Shown: positions 27,101-41,000 of the stretch, one piece after another
How the letters are laid out: each line of letters starts with the position of its first letter
Numbering within the stretch: the stretch's first letter is position 1
Assembly (NCBI GenBank): GCA_964016885.1
Contig: OZ024742.1
Location: forward strand, 18,352,001-18,416,000
DNA: 64,000 nt
Direction: 5' to 3'
Source: Eledone cirrhosa
Lineage: Eukaryota
The notes under the pieces: generated by a model
What the model was told of the DNA's origin: nothing
The model's input: the letters and a program-made list of their open reading frames with translations, nothing else
Databases searched by the model: none
Made by a program: the position numbers and the translations under genes

Positions 27101-28600
27101 TCGACTTACTACGTCTCTTGACAGTAGAGACGAAGGGTTGCGACTTACTACGTCTCGTGACAGTAGAGACGAAGGGTTACGACTTACTACGTCTCTTGAC
27201 AATAGAGACGAAGGGTTACGACTTACTACGTCTCTTGACAATAGAGACGAAGGGTTACGACTTACTACGTCTCTTGACAATAGAGACGAAGGGTTGCGAC
27301 TTACTACGTCTCTTGACAGTAGAGACGAAGGGTTGCGACTTACTACGTCTCTTGACAATAGAGATGAAGGGTTACGACTTACTACGTCTCTTGACAGTAG
27401 AGACGAAGGGTTGCGACTTACTACGTCTCTTGACAATAGAGACGAAGGGTTGCGACTTACTACGTCTCTTGACAGTAGACACGAAGGGTTGCGACTTACT
27501 ACGTCTCTTGACAATAGAGACGAAGGGTTGCGACTTACTACGTCTCTTGACAGTAGAGACGAAGGGTTGCGACTTACTACGTCTCTTGACAGTAGAGACG
27601 AAGGGTTGCGACTTACTACGTCTCTTGACAGTAGGGGCGAAGGGTTACGACTTACTACGTCTCTTGACAATAGAGACGAAGGGTTGCGACTTACTACGTC
27701 TCTTGACAGTAGGGACGAAGGGTTACGACTTACTACGTCTCTTGACAAAAGAGACGAAGGGTTGCGACTTACTACGTCTCTTGACAATCGAGACGAAGGG
27801 TTGCGACTTACTACGTCTCTTGACAGTAGAGACGAAGGGTTACGACTAACTACGTCTCTTGACAGTAGAGACGAAGGGTTGCGACTTACTACGTCTCTTG
27901 ACAGTAGAGACGAAGGGTTACGACTTACTACGTCTCTTGACAATAGAGACGATGGGTTGCGACTTACTACGTCTCTTGACAATAGAGACGAAGGGTTACG
28001 ACTTACTACGTCTCTTGACAATAGAGACGAAGGGTTGCGACTTACTACGTCTCTTGACAGTAGAGACGAACGGTTGCGACTTACTACGTCTCTTGACAAT
28101 AGAGACGAAGGGTTACGACTTACTACGTCTCTTGACAATAGAGACGAAGGGTTGCGACTTACTACGTCTCTTGAGAGTAGAGACGAAGGGTTGCGACTTA
28201 CCACGTCTCTTGACAGTAGAGACGAAGGGTTGCGACTTACTACGTCTCTTGACAGTAGAGACGAAGGGTTGCGACTTACTACATCTCTTGACAATAGAGA
28301 CGAAGGGTTGCGACTTACTACGTCTCTTGACAATAGAGACGAAGGGTTACGACTTACTACGTCTCTTGACAATAGAGACGAAGGGTTGCGACTTACTACG
28401 TCTCTTGAGAGTAGAGACGAAGGGTTGCGACTTACTACGTCTCTTGACAGTAGAGACGAAGGGTTGCGACTTACTACGTCTCTTGACAATAGAGACGAAG
28501 GGTTGCGACTTACTACGTCTCTTTACAATAGAGACGAAGGGTTACGACTTACTACGTCTCTTGACAATAGAGACGAAGGGTTGCGACTTACTACGTCTCT
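15190..28600. repeat. Variable-length higher-order repeat, 4 related copies (periods 4133, 4094, 2768 bp) with an internal 1521-bp duplication
   Basis: Each copy starts at a 38-bp GTAATGG unit (15190, 18309, 23027, 26107) and carries ordered markers CTGGAC, TGTGAC, GCGGCGTA, AGAAACG, GACAAAG, CAATTGAG, AGACACG, CAAAAG, CAATCG, CTAACT. ORF starts 15636/19769/23863/26631 give offsets of 106, 105 and 71 units minus 1 nt. 20276/21797 gives 39 units. Confidence 0.88.
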
Positions 28601-31600
28601 TGACAATGGAGACGAAGGGTTACGACTTACTACGTCTCTTGACAGTAGAGACGAAGGGTTGCGATTTACTACGTCTCTTGACAGTAGAGACGAAGGGTTA
28701 CGACTTACTACGTCTCTTGACAATAGAGACGAAGGGTTGCGACTTACTACGTCTCTTGACAGTAGAGACGAAGGGTTGCGACCTACTACGTCTCTTGACA
28801 ATAGAGACGAAGGGTTGCGATTTACTACGTCTCTTGACAGTAGAGACGAACGGTTGCAACTTACTACGTCTCTTGACAATAGAGACGAAGGGTTACGACT
28901 TACTACGTCTCTTGACAGTAGAGACGAAGGGTTGCGACTTACTACGTCTCTTGACAGTAGAGACGAAGGGTTACAACTTACTACGTCTCTTGACAGTAGA
29001 GACGAAGGGTTGCTACTTACTACGTCTCTTGATAATAGAGACGTAGGGTTGCGACTTACTACGTCTCTTGACATTAGAGACGAAGGGTTGCGACTTACTA
29101 CGTCTCTTGACAGTAGAGACGAAGGGTTACGACTTACTACGTCTCTTGACAATAGAGACGAACAGTTGCGACTTACTACGTCTCTTGATAGTAGAGACGA
29201 AGGGTTACGACTTACTACGTCTCTTGACAATAGAGACGAACGGTTGCGACTTACTACGTCTCTTGACAGTAGAGACGAAGGATTACGACTTACTACGTCT
29301 CTTGACAGTAGGGACGAAGGGTTGCGACTTACTACGTCTCCTGACAATAGAGACGAAGGGTTGCGACTTACTACGTCTCTTGACAGTAGGGACGAAGGGT
29401 TGCGACTTACTACGTCTCTTGACAATAGAGACGAAGGGTTGCGACTTACTACGTCTCTTGACAGTAGGGACGAAGGGTTGCGACTTACTACGTCTCTTGA
29501 CAATAGAGACGAAGGGTTGCGACTTACTACGTCTCTTGACAGTAGGGACGAAGGGTTGCGACTTACTACGTCCCTTGACAATAGAGACGAAGGGTTGCGA
29601 CTTACTACATCTCTTGACAATAGAGACCAAGGGTTGCGACTTACTACGTCTCTTGACAATAGAGACGAAGGGTTGCGACTTACTACGTCTCTTGACAGTA
29701 GAGACGAAGGGTTGCGACTTACTACGTCTCTTGACAGTAGGGGCGAAGGGTTACGACTTACTACGTCTCTTGCCAATAGAGACGAAGGGTTGCGACTTAC
29801 TACGTCTCTTGACAGTAGGGACGAAGGGTTACGACTTACTACGTCTCTTGACAAAAGAGACGAAGGGTTGCGACTTACTACGTCTCTTGACAATCGAGAC
29901 GAAGGGTTGCGACTTACTACGTCTCTTGACAGTAGAGACGAAGGGTTACGACTAACTACGTCTCTTGACAGTAGAGACGAAGGGTTACGACTTACTACGT
30001 CTCTTGACAGTAGAGACGAAGGGTTACGACTTACTACGTCTCTTGACAATAGAGACGAAGGGTTGCGACTTACTACGTCTCTTGACAATAGAGACGAAGG
30101 GTTACGACTTACTACGTCTCTTGACAATAGAGACGAAGGGTTGCGACTTACTACGTCTCTTGACAGTAGAGACGAACGGTTGCGACTTACTACGTCTCTT
30201 GACAATAGAGACGAAGGGTTACGACTTACTACGTCTCTTGACAATAGAGACGAAGGGTTGCGACTTACTACGTCTCTTGAGAGTAGAGACGAAGGGTTGC
30301 GACTTACCACGTCTCTTGACAGTAGAGACGAAGGGTTGCGACTTACTACGTCTCTTGACAGTAGAGACGAAGGGTTGCGACTTACTACATCTCTTGACAA
30401 TAGAGACGAAGGGTTGCGACTTACTACGTCTCTTGACAATAGAGACGAAGGGTTACGACTTACTACGTCTCTTGACAATAGAGACGAAGGGTTGCGACTT
30501 ACTACGTCTCTTGAGAGTAGAGACGAAGGGTTGCGACTTACTACGTCTCTTGACAGTAGAGACGAAGGGTTGCGACTTACTACGTCTCTTGACAATAGAG
30601 ACGAAGGGTTGCGACTTACTACGTCTCTTTACAATAGAGACGAAGGGTTACGACTTACTACGTCTCTTGACAATAGAGACGAAGGGTTGCGACTTACTAC
30701 GTCTCTTGACAATGGAGACGAAGGGTTACGACTTACTACGTCTCTTGACAGTAGAGACGAAGGGTTGCGATTTACTACGTCTCTTGACAGTAGAGACGAA
30801 GGGTTACGACTTACTACGTCTCTTGACAATAGAGACGAAGGGTTGCGACTTACTACGTCTCTTGACAGTAGAGACGAAGGGTTGCGACCTACTACGTCTC
30901 TTGACAATAGAGACGAAGGGTTGCGATTTACTACGTCTCTTGACAGTAGAGACGAACGGTTGCGACTTACTACGTCTGTTGACAATAGAGACGAAGGGTT
31001 ACGACTTACTACGTCTCTTGACAGTAGAGACGAAGGGTTGCGACTTACTACGTCTCTTGACAGTAGAGACGAAGGGTTACAACTTACTACGTCTCTTGAC
31101 AGTAGAGACGAAGGGTTGCTACTTACTACGTCTCTTGATAATAGAGACGTAGGGTTGCGACTTACTACGTCTCTTGACATTAGAGACGAAGGGTTGCGAC
31201 TTACTACGTCTCTTGACAGTAGAGACGAAGGGTTACGACTTACTACGTCTCTTGACAATAGAGATGAACAGTTGCGACTTACTACGTCTCTTGATAGTAG
31301 AGACGAAGGGTTACGACTTACTACGTCTCTTGACAATAGAGACGAACGGTTGCGACTTACTACGTCTCTTGACAGTAGAGACGAAGGATTACGACTTACT
31401 ACGTCTCTTGACAGTAGGGACGAAGGGTTGCGACTTACTACGTCTCCTGACAATAGAGACGAAGGGTTGCGACTTACTACGTCTCTTGACAGTAGGGACG
31501 AAGGGTTGCGACTTACTACGTCTCTTGACAATAGAGACGAAGGGTTGCGACTTACTACGTCTCTTGACAGTAGGGACGAAGGGTTGCGACTTACTACGTC

Positions 31601-34600
31601 TCTTGACAATAGAGACGAAGGGTTGCGACTTACTACGTCTCTTGACAGTAGGGACGAAGGGTTGCGACTTACTACGTCCCTTGACAATAGAGACGAAGGG
31701 TTGCGACTTACTACATCTCTTGACAATAGAGACCAAGGGTTGCGACTTACTACGTCTCTTGACAATAGAGACGAAGGGTTGCGACTTACTACGTCTCTTG
31801 ACAGTAGAGACGAAGGGTTGCGACTTACTACGTCTCTTGACAGTAGGGGCGAAGGGTTACGACTTACTACGTCTCTTGACAATAGAGACGAAGGGTTGCG
31901 ACTTACTACGTCTCTTGACAGTAGGGACGAAGGGTTACGACTTACTACGTCTCTTGACAAAAGAGACGAAGGGTTGCGACTTACTACGTCTCTTGACAAT
32001 CGAGACGAAGGGTTGCGACTTACTACGTCTCTTGACAGTAGAGACGAAGGGTTACGACTAACTACGTCTCTTGACAGTAGAGACGAAGGGTTACGACTTA
32101 CTACGTCTCTTGACAGTAGAGACGAAGGGTTACGACTTACTACGTCTCTTGACAATAGAGACGAAGGGTTGCGACTTACTACGTCTCTTGACAATAGAGA
32201 CGAAGGGTTACGACTTACTACGTCTCTTGACAATAGAGACGAAGGGTTGCGACTTACTACGTCTCTTGACAGTAGAGACGAACGGTTGCGACTTACTACG
32301 TCTCTTGACAATAGAGACGAAGGGTTACGACTTACTACGTCTCTTGACAATAGAGACGAAGGGTTGCGACTTACTACGTCTCTTGAGAGTAGAGACGAAG
32401 GGTTGCGACTTACCACGTCTCTTGACAGTAGAGACGAAGGGTTGCGACTTACTACGTCTCTTGACAGTAGAGACGAAGGGTTGCGACTTACTACATCTCT
32501 TGACAATAGAGACGAAGGGTTGCGACTTACTACGTCTCTTGACAATAGAGACGAAGGGTTACGACTTACTACGTCTCTTGACAATAGAGACGAAGGGTTG
32601 CGACTTACTACGTCTCTTGAGAGTAGAGACGAAGGGTTGCGACTTACTACGTCTCTTGACAGTAGAGACGAAGGGTTGCGACTTACTACGTCTCTTGACA
32701 ATAGAGACGAAGGGTTGCGACTTACTACGTCTCTTTACAATAGAGACGAAGGGTTACGACTTACTACGTCTCTTGACAATAGAGACGAAGGGTTGCGACT
32801 TACTACGTCTCTTGACAATGGAGACGAAGGGTTACGACTTACTACGTCTCTTGACAGTAGAGACGAAGGGTTGCGATTTACTACGTCTCTTGACAGTAGA
32901 GACGAAGGGTTACGACTTACTACGTCTCTTGACAATAGAGACGAAGGGTTGCGACTTACTACGTCTCTTGACAGTAGAGACGAAGGGTTGCGACCTACTA
33001 CGTCTCTTGACAATAGAGACGAAGGGTTGCGATTTACTACGTCTCTTGACAGTAGAGACGAACGGTTGCGACTTACTACGTCTGTTGACAATAGAGACGA
33101 AGGGTTACGACTTACTACGTCTCTTGACAGTAGAGACGAAGGGTTGCGACTTACTACGTCTCTTGACAGTAGAGACGAAGGGTTACAACTTACTACGTCT
33201 CTTGACAGTAGAGACGAAGGGTTGCTACTTACTACGTCTCTTGATAATAGAGACGTAGGGTTGCGACTTACTACGTCTCTTGACATTAGAGACGAAGGGT
33301 TGCGACTTACTACGTCTCTTGACAGTAGAGACGAAGGGTTACGACTTACTACGTCTCTTGACAATAGAGATGAACAGTTGCGACTTACTACGTCTCTTGA
33401 TAGTAGAGACGAAGGGTTACGACTTACTACGTCTCTTGACAATAGAGACGAACGGTTGCGACTTACTACGTCTCTTGACAGTAGAGACGAAGGATTACGA
33501 CTTACTACGTCTCTTGACAGTAGGGACGAAGGGTTGCGACTTACTACGTCTCCTGACAATAGAGACGAAGGGTTGCGACTTACTACGTCTCTTGACAGTA
33601 GGGACGAAGGGTTGCGACTTACTACGTCTCTTGACAATAGAGACGAAGGGTTGCGACTTACTACGTCTCTTGACAGTAGGGACGAAGGGTTGCGACTTAC
33701 TACGTCTCTTGACAATAGAGACGAAGGGTTGCGACTTACTACGTCTCTTGACAGTAGGGACGAAGGGTTGCGACTTACTACGTCCCTTGACAATAGAGAC
33801 GAAGGGTTGCGACTTACTACATCTCTTGACAATAGAGACCAAGGGTTGCGACTTACTACGTCTCTTGACAATAGAGACGAAGGGTTGCGACTTACTACGT
33901 CTCTTGACAATAGAGACGAAGGGTTACGACTTACTACGTCTCTTGACAATAGAGACGAAGGATGGCGACTTACTACGTCTCTTGACAGTAGAGACGAACG
34001 GTTGCGACTTACTACATCTCTTGACAATAGAGACGAAGGGTTGCGACTTACTACGTCTCTTGACAATAGAGACGAAGGGTTACGACTTACTACGTCTCTT
34101 GACAATAGAGACGAAGGGTTGCGACTTACTACGTCTCTTGACAATAGAGACGAAGGGTTTCGACTTACTACGTCTCTTGACAGTAGAGACGAAGGGTTAC
34201 GACTTACTACGTCTCTTGACAGTAGAGACGAAGGGTTACGACTTACTACGTCTCTTGACAATAGAGACGAAGGGTTACGACTTACTACGTCTCTTGACAA
34301 TAGAGACGAAGGGTTAAGACTTACTACGTCTCTTGACAATAGAGACGAAGGGTTGCGACTTACTACGTCTCTTGACAGTAGAGACGAAGGGTTGCGACTT
34401 ACTACGTCTCTTGACAATAGAGATGAAGGGTTACGACTTACTACGTCTCTTGACAGTAGAGACGAAGGGTTGCGACTTACTACGTCTCTTGACAATAGAG
34501 ACGAAGGGTTGCGACTTACTACGTCTCTTGACAGTAGAGACGAAGGGTTACGACTTACTACGTCTCTTGACAATAGAGACGAACAGTTGCGACTTACTAC

Positions 34601-37190
34601 GTCTCTTGATAGTAGAGACGAAGGGTTACGACTTACTACGTCTCTTGACAATAGAGACGAACGGTTGCGACTTACTACGTCTCTTGACAGTAGAGACGAA
34701 GGATTACGACTTACTACGTCTCTTGACAGTAGGGACGAAGGGTTGCGACTTACTACGTCTCCTGACAATAGAGACGAAGGGTTGCGACTTACTACGTCTC
34801 TTGACAGTAGGGACGAAGGGTTGCGACTTACTACGTCTCTTGACAATAGAGACGAAGGGTTGCGACTTACTACGTCTCTTGACAGTAGGGACGAAGGGTT
34901 GCGACTTACTACGTCTCTTGACAATAGAGACGAAGGGTTGCGACTTACTACGTCTCTTGACAGTAGGGACGAAGGGTTGCGACTTACTACGTCCCTTGAC
35001 AATAGAGACGAAGGGTTGCGACTTACTACATCTCTTGACAATAGAGACCAAGGGTTGCGACTTACTACGTCTCTTGACAATAGAGACGAAGGGTTGCGAC
35101 TTACTACGTCTCTTGACAGTAGAGACGAAGGGTTGCGACTTACTACGTCTCTTGACAGTAGGGGCGAAGGGTTACGACTTACTACGTCTCTTGACAATAG
35201 AGACGAAGGGTTGCGACTTACTACGTCTCTTGACAGTAGGGACGAAGGGTTACGACTTACTACGTCTCTTGACAAAAGAGACGAAGGGTTGCGACTTACT
35301 ACGTCTCTTGACAATCGAGACGAAGGGTTGCGACTTACTACGTCTCTTGACAGTAGAGACGAAGGGTTACGACTAACTACGTCTCTTGACAGTAGAGACG
35401 AAGGGTTACGACTTACTACGTCTCTTGACAGTAGAGACGAAGGGTTACGACTTACTACGTCTCTTGACAATAGAGACGAAGGGTTGCGACTTACTACGTC
35501 TCTTGACAATAGAGACGAAGGGTTACGACTTACTACGTCTCTTGACAATAGAGACGAAGGGTTGCGACTTACTACGTCTCTTGACAGTAGAGACGAACGG
35601 TTGAGACTCACTACGTCTCTTGACAATAGAGACGAAGGGTTACGACTTACTACGTCTCTTGACAATAGAGACGAAGGGTTGCGACTTACTACGTCTCTTG
35701 AGAGTAGAGACGAAGGGTTGCGACTTACCACGTCTCTTGACAGTAGAGACGAAGGGTTGCGACTTACTACGTCTCTTGACAGTAGAGACGAAGGGTTGCG
35801 ACTTACTACATCTCTTGACAATAGAGACGAAGGGTTGCGACTTACTACGTCTCTTGACAATAGAGACGAAGGGTTACGACTTACTACGTCTCTTGACAAT
35901 AGAGACGAAGGGTTGCGACTTACTACGTCTCTTGAGAGTAGAGACGAAGGGTTGCGACTTACTACGTCTCTTGACAGTAGAGACGAAGGGTTGCGACTTA
36001 CTACGTCTCTTGACAATAGAGACGAAGGGTTGCGACTTACTACGTCTCTTTACAATAGAGACGAAGGGTTACGACTTACTACGTCTCTTGACAATAGAGA
36101 CGAAGGGTTGCGACTTACTACGTCTCTTGACAATGGAGACGAAGGGTTACGACTTACTACGTCTCTTGACAGTAGAGACGAAGGGTTGCGATTTACTACG
36201 TCTCTTGACAGTAGAGACGAAGGGTTACGACTTACTACGTCTCTTGACAATAGAGACGAAGGGTTGCGACTTACTACGTCTCTTGACAGTAGAGACGAAG
36301 GGTTGCGACCTACTACGTCTCTTGACAATAGAGACGAAGGGTTGCGATTTACTACGTCTCTTGACAGTAGAGACGAACGGTTGCGACTTACTACGTCTGT
36401 TGACAATAGAGACGAAGGGTTACGACTTACTACGTCTCTTGACAGTAGAGACGAAGGGTTGCGACTTACTACGTCTCTTGACAGTAGAGACGAAGGGTTA
36501 CAACTTACTACGTCTCTTGACAGTAGAGACGAAGGGTTGCTACTTACTACGTCTCTTGATAATAGAGACGTAGGGTTGCGACTTACTACGTCTCTTGACA
36601 TTAGAGACGAAGGGTTGCGACTTACTACGTCTCTTGACAGTAGAGACGAAGGGTTACGACTTACTACGTCTCTTGACAATAGAGACGAACAGTTGCGACT
36701 TACTACGTCTCTTGACAGTAGAGACGAAGGGTTGCGACTTACTACGTCTCTTGACAGTAGAGACGAACGGTTGCGACTTACTACGTCTCTTGACAGTAGA
36801 GACGAAGGATTACGACTTACTACGTCTCTTGACAGTAGGGATGAAGGGTTGCGACTTACTACGTCTCCTGACAATAGAGACGAAGGGTTGCGACTTACTA
36901 CGTCTCTTGACAGTAGGGACGAAGGGTTGCGACTTACTACGTCTCTTGACAATAGAGACGAAGGGTTGCGACTTACTACGTCTCTTGACAGTAGGGACGA
37001 AGGGTTGCGACTTACTACGTCTCTTGACAATAGAGACGAAGGGTTGCGACTTACTACGTCTCTTGACATTAGGGACGAAGGGTTGCGACTTACTACGTCC
37101 CTTGACAATAGAGACGAAGGGTTGCGACTTACTACATCTCTTGACAATAGAGACCAAGGGTTGCGACTTACTACGTCTCTTGACAATAGA
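27560..37190. repeat. 54-unit (2106-bp) higher-order repeat, about 4.5 copies with one 31-unit (1209-bp) interruption
   Basis: ORF boundaries 27859/29965/32071 and 29283/31389/33495/34704/36810 give offsets 2106, 2106, 1209, 2106. Markers GGGGCG, CTAACT, GACGTAGG, GAACAG and GACCAAG keep the same order. Confidence 0.93.
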
Positions 37191-38069
37191 GACGAAGGGT
37201 TGCGACTTACTAGGTCTCTTGACAATAGAGACGAAGGGTTACGACTTACTACGTCTCTTGACAATAGAGACGAAGGGTTGCGACTTACTACGTCTCTTGA
37301 CAGTAGAGACGAACGGTTGCGACTTACTACATCTCTTGACAATAGAGACGAAGGGTTGCGACTTACTACGTCTCTTGACAATAGAGACGAAGGGTTACGA
37401 CTTACTACGTCTCTTGACAATAGAGACGAAGGGTTGCGACTTACTACGTCTCTTGACAATAGAGACGAAGGGTTTCGACTTACTACGTCTCTTGACAGTA
37501 GAGACGAAGGGTTACGACTTACTACGTCTCTTGACAGTAGAGACGAAGGGTTACGACTTACTACGTCTCTTGACAATAGAGACGAAGGGTTACGACTTAC
37601 TACGTCTCTTGACAATAGAGACGAAGGGTTACGACTTACTACGTCTCTTGACAATAGAGACGAAGGGTTGCGACTTACTACGTCTCTTGACAATGGAAAC
37701 GAAGGGTTACGACTTACTTCGACTCTTGACAGTAGAGACGAAGGGTTGCGACTTACTAGTCTCTTGACAATAGAGACGAAGGGTTGCGACTTACTACGTC
37801 TCTTGACAATAGAGACGAAGGGTTACGACTTACTACGTCTGTTGACAATAGAGACGAAGGGTTGCGACTTACTACGTCTCTTGACAGTAGAGACGAAGGG
37901 TTGCGACTTACTACGTCTCTTGACAATAGAGACGAAGGGTTGCGACTTACTACGTCTCTTGACAGTAGAGACGAAGGGTTGCGACTTACTACGTCTCTTG
38001 ACAATAGAGACGAAGGGTTGCGACTTACTACGTCTCTTTACAATAGAGACGAAGGGTTACGACTTACTA

Positions 38070-41000
38070 CGTCTCTTGACAATAGAGACGAAGGGTTGCG
38101 ACCTACTACGTTTCTTGACAATAGAGACGAAGGTTTGCGACTTACTACGCCTCTTGACAATAGAGACGAAGGGTTGCGACTTACTACGCCTCTTGACAGT
38201 AGAGACGAAGGGTTGCGACTTACTACGTTTCTTGACAATAGAGACGAAGGTTTGCGACTTACTACGCCTCTTGACAATAGAGACGAAGGGTTGCGACTTA
38301 CTACGTCTCTTGACAGTAGAGACGAAGGGTTGCGACTTACTACGTCTCTTGACAGTAGAGACGAAGGGTTACGACTTACTACGTCTCTTGACAATAGAGA
38401 CGAAGGGTTGCGACTTACTACGCCTCTTGAAAATAGAGACGAAGGGTTGCGACTTACTACGTCTCTTGACAGTAGAGACGAAGGGTTGCGACTTACTACG
38501 TCTCTTGACAGTAGAGACGAAGGGTTACGACTTACTACGTCTCTTGACAATAGAGACGAAGGGTTGCGAATTACTACGTCTCTTGACAATAGAGACGCTG
38601 GGTTGCGACTTACTACGTCTCTTGACAATAGAGACGAAGGGTTGCGACTTACTATGTCTCTTGACAATAGAGACGAAGGGGTGCGACTTACTACGTCTCT
38701 TGACAATAGAGACGAAGGGGTGCGACTTACTACGTCTCTTGACAATAGAGACGAAGGGTTGCGACTTACTACGTCTCTTGACAATAGAGACGAAGGGTTG
38801 CGACTTACTACGTCTCTTGTCAATGGAGACGAAGGGTTGCGACTTACTACGTCTCTTGACAATAGAGACGAAGGGTTACGACTTACTACGTCTCTTGAGA
38901 ATAGAGACGAAGGGTTGCGACTTACTACGTCTCTTGACAGTAGAGACGAAGGGTTGCGACTTACTACGTCTCTTGACAATAGAGACGAAGGGTTGCGACT
39001 TACTACGTCTCTTGACAGTAGAGACGAAGGGTTACGACTTACTACGTCTCTTGACAGTAGAGACGAAGGGTTACGACTTACTACGTCTCTTGACAGTAGA
39101 GACGAAGGGTTACGACTTACTACGTCTCCTGACAGTAGAGACGAAGGGTTACGACTTACTACGTCTCTTGACAATAGAGACGAAGGGTTGCGACTTACTA
39201 CGTCTCTTGACAATAGAGACGAAGGGTTACGACTTACTACGTCTCTTGACAATAGAGATGAAGGGTTGCGACTTACTACGTCTCTTGACAGTAGAGACGA
39301 AGGGTTACGACTTACTACGTCTCTTGACAATAGAGACGAAGGGTTGCGACTAACTACGTCTCTTGTCAATGGAGACGAAGGGTTGCGACTTACTACGTCG
39401 CTTGTCAATGGAGACGAAGGGTTGCGACTTACTACGTCTCTTGACAATAGAGACGAAGGGTTACGACTTACTACGTCTCTTGACAATAGAGACGAAGGGT
39501 TGCGACTTACTACATCTCTTGACAGTAGAGACGAATGGTTGCGACTTACTACGTCTCTTGACAGTAGAGACGAAGGGTTGCGACTTACTACGTCTCTTGA
39601 CAATAGAGACGAAGGGTTGCGACTTACTACGTCTCTTGACAGTAGAGACGAAGGGTTACGACTTACTACGTCTCTTGACAGTAGAGACGAAGGGTTACGA
39701 CTTACTACGTCTCTTGACAGTAGAGACGAAGGGTTGCGACTTACTAGGTCTCTTGACAATAGGGACGAAGGGTTGCGACTTACTACGTCTCTTGACAGTA
39801 GAGACGAAGGGTTACGACCTACTACGTCTCTTGACAGTAGAGACGAAGGGTTGCGACTTACTACGTCTCTTGACAATAGACACGAAGGGTTGCGATTTAC
39901 TACGTCTCTTGACAGTAGAGACGAAGGGTTGCGACTTACTACGTCTCTTGACAGTAGAGACGAAGGGTTGCGTCTTACTACGTCTCTTGACAATAGAGAC
40001 GAAGGGTTGCGATTTACTACGTCTCTTGACAGTAGAGACGAAGGGTTGCGACTTACTACGTCTCTTGACAGTAGAGACGAAGGGTTGCGACTTACTACAT
40101 CTCTTGACAATAGAGACGAAGGGTTGCGACCTACTACGTCTCTTGACAGTAGAGACGAAGGGTTGCGACTTACTACATCTCTTGACAATAGAGACGAAGG
40201 GTTGCGACTTACTACGTCTCTTGACAATAGAGACGAAGGGTTGCGACTTACTACGCCTCTTGACAGTAGAGACGAAGGGTTGCAACTTACTACGTTTCTT
40301 GACAATAGAGACGAAGGTTTGCGACTTACTACGCCTCTTGACAATAGAGACGAAGGGTTGCGACTTACTACGTCTCTTGACAGTAGAGACGAAGGGTTGC
40401 GACTTACTACGTCTCTTGACAGTAGAGACGAAGGGTTACGACTTACTACGTCTCTTAACAATAGAGACGAAGGGTTGCGACTTACTACGCCTCTTGAAAA
40501 TAGAGACGAAGGGTTGCGACTTACTACGTCTCTTGACAGTAGAGACGAAGGGTTACGACTTACTACGTCTCTTGACAATAGAGACGAAGGGTTACGACTT
40601 ACTACGTCTCTTGACAATAGAGACGAAGGGTTGCGACTTACTACGTCTCTTGACAATAGAGACGAAGGGTTACGACCTACTACGTCTCTTGACAATAGAG
40701 ATGAAGGGTTGCGACTTACTACGTCTCTTGACAGTAGAGACGAAGGGTTACGACTTACTACGTCTCTTGACAATAGAGACGAAGGGTTGCGACTTACTAC
40801 GTCTCTTGACAATAGAGACGAAGGGTTGCGACTTACTACGTCTCTTGACAATAGAGACGAAGGGTTACGACCTACTACGTCTCTTGACAATAGAGATGAA
40901 GGGTTGCGACTTACTACGTCTCTTGACAGTAGAGACGAAGGGTTACGACTTACTACGTCTCTTGACAATAGAGACGAAGGGTTGCGACTTACTACGTCTC

